Shown one piece after another: positions 15,689 through 23,311 of a stretch of 40,246 bases of DNA. The notes under the pieces are model-generated. The model worked only from the letters and a program-made list of their open reading frames with translations. It made no database searches and was not told the origin of the DNA. The DNA lies in assembly GCA_020718925.1 (NCBI GenBank), contig DYRC01000003.1:1-40246 (forward strand), given 5' to 3'. The DNA is from Desulfonema limicola. Its GTDB lineage: Bacteria; Desulfobacterota; Desulfobacteria; Desulfobacterales; DYRC01. Made by a program: the position numbers and the translations under genes. How positions within the stretch are numbered: position 1 is the first letter of the stretch; every line of letters starts with the position of its first letter.

Positions 15689-16941
15689 AGCTCCCTTACC
15701 GCGCCGGAAGTTGCTGCGATATTCGGTCTCTGAATCCCCTGAAATATCGCATTCAAGCCTGAGCCTGAAAGCATCTGAACCGGCTTATGGTGTTTTTTGC
15801 CCAGTTGTTTGACCAGTGTACATGCCGCATGACTGTTGCAGTTGACCGGACACAGCACGATGTCTGCCCGCCTGAGACTGCATTCAAGCTTGCCCACGCC
15901 TCCTTTGACATGCCCGTCATGGTATTCAAAGATTCCGCCGCTGCGCTCAACTACCTGACGATACAGCGATTCCATCCTGCTGATGCCGCCGACAATCAAT
16001 ACCCGCTTTCTGCACAAATCAAAGGACGGACAGCTTTGATTACAGCCATTTATTCCGCAGGACTGCATCATCATATCGTGAATTTCTTTCTGAAAATTCG
16101 ATTCCGATTCGCTCTTCCTCAGCAAATCAGTGGTTAATCGCTGATTTTCCGCTTCAAGCTTGACAATCTGCTTTGCAAACAATACGGCTTTTTCGGAAAT
16201 CCTTGTCTGATCCGCCTTTAATTTCCGGTTTTCCTTTTTCAACTCTTCAAATTCTGCATGAAGTTTCCGATCTTTTGCTGCCTCAAGCTCGGTCTCAAGC
16301 AGGATTTTCTGTTTTTCCGAAATATCCAGACGAAGTTTCAGTTCATTCGCTGCATTTTGCAGAGATTCGACTTCTTTTTGCAGAATTTTGCGATGCCTGT
16401 TTTCTTCATCTGCTTTCTCCGCAGCTTTGCGGCTTTGTTCCTGCATCAGATCGGTGCGTCTGAGCATATCCGCCCGCTCTTCGCTGTTTCTGTGCATGGA
16501 CATGTGAATATCCCCGAACACTTCCCGGCGGAATTCTTTTGACAGATTGCGGCGGGAGGCAAGATACCAGAATATTCCGATATATTCTCCGGCTTTGAAA
16601 CAGATCTGCCACTGCGCTGCCAATTCTGCTTCTGTCATGGCTGCAAATAATTCCGATTCGCGGGAAAATTTACGGACAAGCAGGCTGTCAATTTTCCGGG
16701 ATAAACGATTTTCACTTTTTGAACTGGCAACCAGAATTTCGTGCATCTCGAAAAGACTTGTTTTTTTCAAAGAAAGCCCTGATTTTTTAAGTAGTTGCTT
16801 TTGTTCGGATACGCTAAGACATATCCCTGCTATCGGGCATGAGAAAAAATCATCTGTCTCCCAAAACTTCAAACGGGCGGAGTGATCGCTCTGTGCCGTA
16901 ATTTCAGTGAAATCCGGCAGCATTTTGCCTGAATTTTGCAT
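15685..16941 (-). CDS. DUF2325-domain protein with a long central coiled coil.
   Basis: N-terminal ETDDFFSCPIAGICLS motif. About 130 aa of heptad-rich K/E/L sequence. C-terminal DUF2325-like VLIVGG...ADIVLCPVNCNSHAAC. RBS aaaggagg. 4-nt overlap with the next gene. Confidence 0.7.
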   Translation of the reverse strand: MQNSGKMLPDFTEITAQSDHSARLKFWETDDFFSCPIAGICLSVSEQKQLLKKSGLSLKKTSLFEMHEILVASSKSENRLSRKIDSLLVRKFSRESELFAAMTEAELAAQWQICFKAGEYIGIFWYLASRRNLSKEFRREVFGDIHMSMHRNSEERADMLRRTDLMQEQSRKAAEKADEENRHRKILQKEVESLQNAANELKLRLDISEKQKILLETELEAAKDRKLHAEFEELKKENRKLKADQTRISEKAVLFAKQIVKLEAENQRLTTDLLRKSESESNFQKEIHDMMMQSCGINGCNQSCPSFDLCRKRVLIVGGISRMESLYRQVVERSGGIFEYHDGHVKGGVGKLECSLRRADIVLCPVNCNSHAACTLVKQLGKKHHKPVQMLSGSGLNAIFQGIQRPNIAATSGAVREL

Positions 16942-16955
16942 GAATACCTCCTTTC

Positions 16956-17007
16956 AAATAAAAAAGGCGCAGCCCAAGACGGATTTATCCGTATCGAGTT
17001 ACGCCTT
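16956..17007 (-). terminator. Rho-independent terminator-like hairpin plus U-run. It lies 3' of the 95-aa ORF and only ~15 nt 5' of the RBS of the iron operon.
   Basis: The outer stem pairs aaggcg (16964-16969) with cgcctt (17002-17007). There is an inner perfect hairpin acggat-tt-atccgt. On the minus strand the structure is followed by ttttttatttg. Confidence 0.55.
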
Positions 17008-17066
17008 CACTTTTTCCGCGCTGATTCAGCCGGAAACCGTAAGACATCCCAAACTATTCAATAAAT

Positions 17067-17354
17067 TTATTCAGATTCAATCAACGCCTGAGTAAGTTGT
17101 CTGCGTAATACCTCAAGCCGCTTGGATTTGAATGCTTTTCTGCTTTCATCCAATACTTCGATGGCGTCTCTGATCGCTGTTTTCAGTCTGAGTTCACGAG
17201 AACATAAAACCGGGTGATTTCCAAAACCGTGTTCACCGGATTGCCTCTCCAAAATGGAAGCTATCACACAACGATGTTTTTCAATATCCTGATACAACGA
17301 ATGAATGCTCTCATGAACAGTTCTGAGCATCAGATCGTTTTTGTCCGACTCCAT
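17067..17354 (-). CDS. Hypothetical 95-aa helical protein.
   Basis: Clean ORF between dtxR and the iron operon, on the same strand. I recognise no domain. Confidence 0.45.
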   Translation of the reverse strand: MESDKNDLMLRTVHESIHSLYQDIEKHRCVIASILERQSGEHGFGNHPVLCSRELRLKTAIRDAIEVLDESRKAFKSKRLEVLRRQLTQALIESE

Positions 17355-17420
17355 ATTAATCTCTCCTATTAATATTTGATATATCTAACTTTTAAAACAA
17401 AAAAAATATAATTTATGTGT

Positions 17421-17888
17421 TTAATCGGTTTTCTCCGATTTTCGGCTTCTATATTCTTCAAAATGATTGAGACGATCTCCGCCCATCGGACATGTCTGTA
17501 TAAATTCAATGAAATCCGTAAGGCTGTCCAGCGTTGACGGACTGAGCGTATGTTCTATCCTGCACGCGTCTTCATCTGCGGTTCTGAAATCAATTTGCAG
17601 GATTTCAGTCAGAAACTTTCGGATAAGCTCATGGCGTCTCCGCATTTCTCTGCCGATGTCAGCGCCATGCTCCGTCAGTTCCACATATTCGTATTTTTCA
17701 TAGTGAACCAACTTCCGCTCATTCAATGTTTTGAGCATACTGGTAACAGAGGGCATCCTGACCTCCATCCTTTTGGCAATATCCCTGACCCGCACAATCT
17801 TCTGATCTCTGTCAAGGTCATAAATCGCTTCAAGGTAATCTTCCATCACAGATGTAAGAGGCTTCTCTGCCGCATGATCGCTTATCAT
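17421..17888 (-). CDS. DtxR/MntR-family metal-dependent transcriptional repressor.
   Basis: N-terminal HTH pattern MEDYLEAIYDL...VRVRDIAKRMEVRMPSVTSMLKTL. Dimerisation/metal domain with HELIRKFL...EDACRIEH. Confidence 0.85.
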   Translation of the reverse strand: MISDHAAEKPLTSVMEDYLEAIYDLDRDQKIVRVRDIAKRMEVRMPSVTSMLKTLNERKLVHYEKYEYVELTEHGADIGREMRRRHELIRKFLTEILQIDFRTADEDACRIEHTLSPSTLDSLTDFIEFIQTCPMGGDRLNHFEEYRSRKSEKTD

Positions 17889-18099
17889 TCCATTATCCTT
17901 TTGTTAAAGCAATCTAATATGATTTCGTCTTCCTAATAACCTGCTTTGTTATCTGTTGTCAAGACTTTTTTGCTTATGAAGATCGGAATTTATCCCTGAA
18001 ATCTGTTCAGAGGCTTTTTTAATCATACGGATTATGATATACTGTTTTTCATAAAGAGTCGGATAATCTTGTCAGAAAACGCGAGGAGACACATAACCG

Positions 18100-19164
18100 A
18101 TGTTTATAAAAAAAATGATTCTGGTCATAGCCGCAATGCTATCCGCAACGTATTGTTTTGCCGCAGATTATGAACGGGAAACTCCGGTGGTGAGAGCGGT
18201 GAGAAAAGTCAGTCCATCGGTGGTCAACATCAATACCGAATACACCGCGCAGGCAAGTCCTTTCGGAAAATTAGACCCGTTTTTCGATTTGTTTTTCAAG
18301 GATTTCTTGGAGCCTCTGCCCAAAAGTCAATATAAAGGAACCAGTCTGGGATCGGGCGTGATTATTGACGGAAAGCGCGGGCTGATTCTGACAAACGCGC
18401 ACGTCATTTCCAAAGGCGGCATTATCAAAGTGATTTTAAACGATACCCGCGAATTTCAAGCCAGAGTGGTCGGCGCTGACCCGGATACGGATTTGGCAAT
18501 ACTGAGAATTTCTTCTCCTTCGCCTCTTCCCGCGCTGGAGATGGGCAATTCAGACGATCTGATGATTGGCGAAACCGTATTTGCCATCGGTAATCCCTTC
18601 GGATTTTCCAACACCGTAACCACCGGCGTTATCAGCGCGATAGGACGCAGCATCCGCTCGGATCAGCATGTGTTTCACGATTTTATTCAGACCGATGCCT
18701 CCATCAATCCGGGCAACAGCGGTGGACCTCTGCTCAATATCAAAGGCGAGCTTATCGGCATAAACACGGCGATTTACGCCAAAGCTCAGGGCATCGGATT
18801 TGCCATTCCTATCAGTAAAGCCAAAAAAATCGTAGCAGAACTGGTTCGGCATGGCGAAATGACAGACCGATATGCCGCTCCGGGAACTATCAGCGAAGAT
18901 TTGGGCTGGAAACTGCTGGGCGTCCGGGTGAATGATTCTGATGCTGAAGGCGTGATGATTAAAGAAATCCGCACGGATTCCTATCTTGCACAGGTCGGCG
19001 CCAGACCCGGAGACGTGATTCGGCAGGTTGATGAATTGGGTGTCGCAACCGTGAAAGATTTTGAAACTGCCCTGTATCGCTACCGCCAGAAATCTTCGCT
19101 GGTGCTTTTGTTGCAGCGCGGCTCACGCGGCTATTACATCACTGTTAAAATCAGAGCATCATGA
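18100..19164 (+). CDS. htrA: Periplasmic serine protease of the HtrA/DegP (S1C) family with one PDZ domain.
   Basis: Signal peptide. Catalytic triad context TNAHV, DLAIL, GNSGGPL. C-terminal PDZ-like GVMIKEI...AGARPGDVI. Confidence 0.9.
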   Translation: MFIKKMILVIAAMLSATYCFAADYERETPVVRAVRKVSPSVVNINTEYTAQASPFGKLDPFFDLFFKDFLEPLPKSQYKGTSLGSGVIIDGKRGLILTNAHVISKGGIIKVILNDTREFQARVVGADPDTDLAILRISSPSPLPALEMGNSDDLMIGETVFAIGNPFGFSNTVTTGVISAIGRSIRSDQHVFHDFIQTDASINPGNSGGPLLNIKGELIGINTAIYAKAQGIGFAIPISKAKKIVAELVRHGEMTDRYAAPGTISEDLGWKLLGVRVNDSDAEGVMIKEIRTDSYLAQVGARPGDVIRQVDELGVATVKDFETALYRYRQKSSLVLLLQRGSRGYYITVKIRAS

Positions 19165-20081
19165 AACAAAAACGATACCGGGATTTTAACGGCTATTTAA
19201 GAGAAATTTTCGGATGTCGGGTGCAGAAAATCACGGTGGATGCCGGACTGAACTGCCCCAATCGGGACGGAACAATTTCGACCGGCGGCTGTATCTACTG
19301 TAATGCCAAAGGTTCAGGAACCGGCGCGTCTGCCAAAGGATTATCTGTAAAGCAGCAATTGGAAGATGGCAGACTATTTCTATCTCGGAGATACAAAGCA
19401 AATAAGTTCTTAGCATATTTTCAATCTTTTTCAAATACTTATGCGAATATTGAAAAACTGAAAGAACTGTATGACGCCGCGTTGTCCGTAGAAGGCGTTG
19501 TCGGGCTTTGTATCGGCACAAGACCTGATTGCGTAAATGAAGCCGTGTTATCGCTGCTTGAATCTTACAGCAGAAATTATCTGATTTGGATTGAGTACGG
19601 GCTGCAATCTGCCCATGACAAAACCCTTGTCATGCTCAATCGGGGACATGATTTTGCCTGCTTTCAACACGCTGTAAAGGCAACAAAACATAGAAATATC
19701 AGGATTTGCGCCCATGTCATTTTAGGGCTTCCGGGAGAAACAAAGGCGGATATGCTTGACACCGCGCAGAGGGTTGCCGAATCGGAAATTGACGGCGTAA
19801 AGCTTCATCTGCTGTATGTTGTCAAAGGAACGCCGATGGAAACGCTGTATCAGGAGGAAAAATATCGTTGCCTTGAGCAGTCCGAATATGTTGAACTGGT
19901 TTGTGATGTGCTGGAGCGATTGCCTGAAAATATGGTGATTCAGCGATTGACCGGAGATCCGCACCCGGAAGAACTGGTTGCGCCTCAGTGGGCGTTGAAA
20001 AAGGCGCAAACGCTTTCCTTAATTCAGGAAACATTGGAAAAGCGCGATTCATGGCAGGGAAAACGGGGCGCAATCCCCTGA
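19161..20081 (+). CDS. Radical SAM protein, TIGR01212 (YhcC-like) family.
   Basis: Family-typical N-terminus KITVDAGLNCPNRDG...GGCIYCN. 4-nt overlap with htrA. Confidence 0.8.
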   Translation: MKQKRYRDFNGYLREIFGCRVQKITVDAGLNCPNRDGTISTGGCIYCNAKGSGTGASAKGLSVKQQLEDGRLFLSRRYKANKFLAYFQSFSNTYANIEKLKELYDAALSVEGVVGLCIGTRPDCVNEAVLSLLESYSRNYLIWIEYGLQSAHDKTLVMLNRGHDFACFQHAVKATKHRNIRICAHVILGLPGETKADMLDTAQRVAESEIDGVKLHLLYVVKGTPMETLYQEEKYRCLEQSEYVELVCDVLERLPENMVIQRLTGDPHPEELVAPQWALKKAQTLSLIQETLEKRDSWQGKRGAIP

Positions 20082-20159
20082 TTGACTTACAACATCGCTT
20101 CTGTTATGTTATGTTTATGTTGTAAGGCATCTGAAAGCAAAGGGTAAAAAAGAAAACGT

Positions 20160-20858
20160 ATGAATATATTCAAAATATGGATAATCAGCGGATTGTGTTT
20201 TCTGATGATCGGCTGTAGTTATGAAAATTCTCTCCAAAAGCTTGCTCAAAAAAGCCTGACTTATGAAGCTGAATCAAACATGCTGAACGCAGGTATCGGG
20301 AATTATGAAGCCGGTGAATTTGAAAAAGCATCTGAAATTTTTGAGGCGTTAAGCAAAAGTTCTTCGGATGAGTCTGTTCAGCGCAAGGCATTGTACGGAC
20401 TTGTCTGTACCCGGCTGCTGTCGGCTCAGAGTCAGGAAGAATTTGGCGATGCTGTCGTGCTGTGGGAAAATTGGAGCCATATCCGAGGCACTAAACTAGG
20501 CGCGGAAGACCCCCGTATGCTCGCTCCGTTGTTTCATAAAATATTTCCGACACTCCCGGAATCCTGTTCCGAACCAGATGAAAATGACGCGGAAGAGGAG
20601 GATATTGATGAGGAAGCAGAAGAATCCTCGCCGGAACTGCCGAATATGATCGAGTCTTCAAAACCCGATAACACGCAGAAAGAACCCCGCTCCGGCTTAT
20701 GTTCCGGACTTCTCAAAACCAGAGAGAAAGAAATTCAGACCCTGAAAACATCCAATGCCAAAATGAAAAAAGATATTCAACAGCTTAAAGATCAGATCAA
20801 TTCGCTGGAAGCCATTCATCGGAAAATTCAGGAAAAAAAGAAAGAAATTGTGCCGTAA
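20160..20858 (+). CDS. Lipoprotein with an acidic low-complexity region and a C-terminal coiled coil.
   Basis: Lipobox LMIGC. DENDAEEEDIDEEAEE stretch. C-terminal heptad repeats. Confidence 0.6.
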   Translation: MNIFKIWIISGLCFLMIGCSYENSLQKLAQKSLTYEAESNMLNAGIGNYEAGEFEKASEIFEALSKSSSDESVQRKALYGLVCTRLLSAQSQEEFGDAVVLWENWSHIRGTKLGAEDPRMLAPLFHKIFPTLPESCSEPDENDAEEEDIDEEAEESSPELPNMIESSKPDNTQKEPRSGLCSGLLKTREKEIQTLKTSNAKMKKDIQQLKDQINSLEAIHRKIQEKKKEIVP

Positions 20859-20869
20859 AGGAGTCAGCG

Positions 20870-22216
20870 TTGACACATCAACAAACTATTCTGATCGTAG
20901 ATGATGATCTGCATATTCTGGAGGTGCTGGAAGCCCGGCTCTCATCTGCCGGATTCTGCGTCTTAAAAGCAGCAAGTCCTAAAGAGGCGTTGAATCTCTT
21001 AAAAACGCATCATCCTGATCTGATGATCTCTGATATGAAAATGCCGGATATGAGCGGAATGAGCCTGCTGACGGAGGTTCATTCACTGCACCCCGGTCTG
21101 CCGGTCATTTTTCTGACAGCTTACGGGACAATTCCCGATGCAGTCCGAGCGGTCAAAGCCGGGGCTGTGGAATATTTCACCAAGCCCTTTGACGGACGGG
21201 AACTGATTAAAAAAGTTCAGGATGTTCTCAAAGCCAACGCGATTCCCAAAAAGACCGTTTCAACAGGTCACGGATTTTATCTGGGGCAAAGCCGTGCCAT
21301 GAAAGAACTTTATGAAATGATTGAGCGCGTGGCAGCCAGTGATGTGAATGTGTTGGTTCTGGGAGAAAGCGGGGTCGGAAAAGAGCGGGTAGCCCGACTG
21401 ATTCATGATCAGGGAGTGCGAAAAGACTATCCGTTTGTGGTGGTGGATTGCGGCTCAACACCGACGGGGCTTTTGGAAAGCGAGCTGTTCGGGCATGTCA
21501 AAGGCTCTTTTACCCATGCCATCCGCGATAAAAAAGGATTGATGGAAGCCGCGCATACCGGAACCTTGTTTTTGGATGAAATCGGCAATATTTCATCTGA
21601 AATGCAGGTTCGTCTGCTGAGATTTTTGGAAGACCGCAAAATCCGCAGAATCGGCGATATTCGTGAAATATCGGTGGACTGCCGGGTGATTGCCGCGACC
21701 AATTCCAATCTGGCAGATGAGATCAGGGAGGGAAATTTCAGAGAAGATTTGTATTATCGGCTGCGCGTGGTTTCGCTGACCATTCCGCCTCTTCGGGAAA
21801 GAAAAGAAGATATTCCGGCATTTGCTCAGAATTTTGCCGAAGCATTCTGCAAGAGCAAAGGCATTGCGCCGATAAAACTGCTGCCTGAAACCATTGAGTA
21901 TTTATGCCGCTATCGCTGGCCCGGCAATGTCAGAGAACTTAAAAACGCGCTGGAAGGCGGCATCGTGTTATCTCAGAACGGAGTTTTGCGCTCAGAAGAC
22001 CTGCAACTCGCCAGAATTTCTGAAAATCCGAAATCACCGGAAAATCCTTTTTCTTTGGATGACAGTGAGCGCGACACCATCGTCCGGGCATTGCGCGAGT
22101 CCGGCGGCGTTCAGAAAGATGCGGCGGATCTCTTGGGAATCAGCCGCAGAGCCATTCATTATAAAATCAAAAAATACGGAATAAAAATTTCCGATATTCG
22201 TGCAAACGGGAGGTAG
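20870..22216 (+). CDS. Sigma-54-dependent response regulator (NtrC family: REC, AAA+ and Fis-type HTH domains).
   Basis: REC domain (LIVDDD...DMKMPDMSG), Walker A GESGVGKE, GAFTGA-like GSFTHA, ESELFGH, and C-terminal HTH AADLLGISRRAIHYKIKKYGI. TTG start. Confidence 0.9.
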   Translation: MTHQQTILIVDDDLHILEVLEARLSSAGFCVLKAASPKEALNLLKTHHPDLMISDMKMPDMSGMSLLTEVHSLHPGLPVIFLTAYGTIPDAVRAVKAGAVEYFTKPFDGRELIKKVQDVLKANAIPKKTVSTGHGFYLGQSRAMKELYEMIERVAASDVNVLVLGESGVGKERVARLIHDQGVRKDYPFVVVDCGSTPTGLLESELFGHVKGSFTHAIRDKKGLMEAAHTGTLFLDEIGNISSEMQVRLLRFLEDRKIRRIGDIREISVDCRVIAATNSNLADEIREGNFREDLYYRLRVVSLTIPPLRERKEDIPAFAQNFAEAFCKSKGIAPIKLLPETIEYLCRYRWPGNVRELKNALEGGIVLSQNGVLRSEDLQLARISENPKSPENPFSLDDSERDTIVRALRESGGVQKDAADLLGISRRAIHYKIKKYGIKISDIRANGR

Positions 22217-22218
22217 TT

Positions 22219-22746
22219 ATGTTCAAAGAAGACAGAGACGAATGTACGTTTTCATGGGCTGATATGGGAGATATTCAACTGGGCAGACCCAATCTGGGAG
22301 ACATGACCTCGGTAACCGTGTATCGTCTGATGCAATACACGCTCCGGGATGTGCTTATCCGCCGATTTGATCCGGTAACTGCCGGAGAAATTTTCTATGA
22401 AGCCGGAAAGCTTGCCGGAACAGAATTTTGCAAAAATGTCTTAAAGACAGATGTTGACTTCAACGAATTTGTCGCACAGATACAAAAAGTCCTTAAAGAC
22501 CTTCGCATCGGTATTTTCAAGGTGGAAAAAGCCGACCTTGAGCGGTTAAATCTGACGATTACCGTTGACGAAGACCTTGACTGTTCAGGACTTCCCTTAA
22601 GCGACGAGACGGTCTGCGACTATGACGAAGGCTTTATTGCCGGCGTTTTGGAAGCATATACCGGGAAAGCCTTTGACGTAAAAGAGACAGACTGCTGGGC
22701 TATGGGAGGACGTACCTGTCGCTTTGAAGCCAAAAAGAAAATTTGA
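22219..22746 (+). CDS. V4R (4-vinyl reductase) domain protein, a putative small-molecule-binding partner of the upstream activator.
   Basis: C-terminal V4R-like CDYDEGFIAGVLEAYTGKAFDVKETDCWAMGGRTCRFE. It starts 3 nt after the upstream stop. Confidence 0.7.
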   Translation: MFKEDRDECTFSWADMGDIQLGRPNLGDMTSVTVYRLMQYTLRDVLIRRFDPVTAGEIFYEAGKLAGTEFCKNVLKTDVDFNEFVAQIQKVLKDLRIGIFKVEKADLERLNLTITVDEDLDCSGLPLSDETVCDYDEGFIAGVLEAYTGKAFDVKETDCWAMGGRTCRFEAKKKI

Positions 22747-22757
22747 TTTTTTTTTTG

Positions 22758-22928
22758 CTATCCCTGTTTTAAGACACAGATTCGCTTTTCCTGCTCGCCT
22801 TTTCTACGGCGAATCACGGTGCAAAGACCGGGTTGTGAGGGGGTTGATTCTTTTTCCTGACACCTGAAACTGTTTTCAAACATTTCCTTCAGTTTTTCTT
22901 CCAGACTTCTTTTCTTTTCCGCATCCAT
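22758..22928 (-). CDS. Possible 56-aa basic protein. Weak call.
   Basis: ATG at 22928 preceded by gtgaggttaaga. Sequence: MDAEKKRSLEEKLKEMFENSFRCQEKESTPSQPGLCTVIRRRKGEQEKRICVLKQG. No recognisable family. Confidence 0.25.
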   Translation of the reverse strand: MDAEKKRSLEEKLKEMFENSFRCQEKESTPSQPGLCTVIRRRKGEQEKRICVLKQG

Positions 22929-23201
22929 TCTTAACCTCACGGCTTATAATCTGATTTTTGCGATACCCTGTATTTTCAACTTTGTCAATGATTTTTTTTA
23001 TCTTTCCGAAAAAATGCCATAAAAATAATGTCAGACAGGCAAAAATTATACAACGGAGGGGAAAGGCGAGAGCTTTCTTTGATGCCTTCCCATGCTGTGG
23101 CAATCTCTTTCAGCGCACCTTCCGGTGTGTCTGAGAACGCCGAAATTTTCAAATCCGAAGGATTGATATGATTATAGAGAATATGCAGGGTGCGGAACAG
23201 A

Positions 23202-23293
23202 ATCCCGAAGGGATGATATACATATTTCACCCTTCGGGGTTTCCGATCATTTTGAAATTACGGATTTCTATAATCATCACACCCCTTCGGGGT
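23202..23293. repeat. Three copies of a ~13-17-nt C(UUCG)G-type tetraloop hairpin motif (two direct, one inverted) just downstream of lon.
   Basis: 23202-23214 atcccgaagggat (inverted copy), 23229-23240 acccttcggggt, 23281-23293 accccttcggggt. Shared context atca(c)cccttcgggRtt. Confidence 0.5.
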
Positions 23294-23311
23294 TAAAATT
23301 CAACAAGCTTA

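Noticed and set aside
6248-16941. Interpreting the locus as a true magnetosome gene island because of the MamC-like protein.
   Set aside because: No core magnetosome genes (mamA/B/E/I/K/M/O/P/Q or the deltaproteobacterial mad genes) are present in the window. The transporters are P1B ATPases and Feo rather than MamB/M-type CDF proteins. A ferrosome-like or novel compartment is the more defensible reading.
22876-23230. ORFs 22876..23103 and 22985..23230 in the lon-V4R gap.
   Set aside because: They overlap each other, one has a GTG start with no RBS, and their composition is odd. The hairpin repeats explain the open frames. There is not enough evidence to call them genes.
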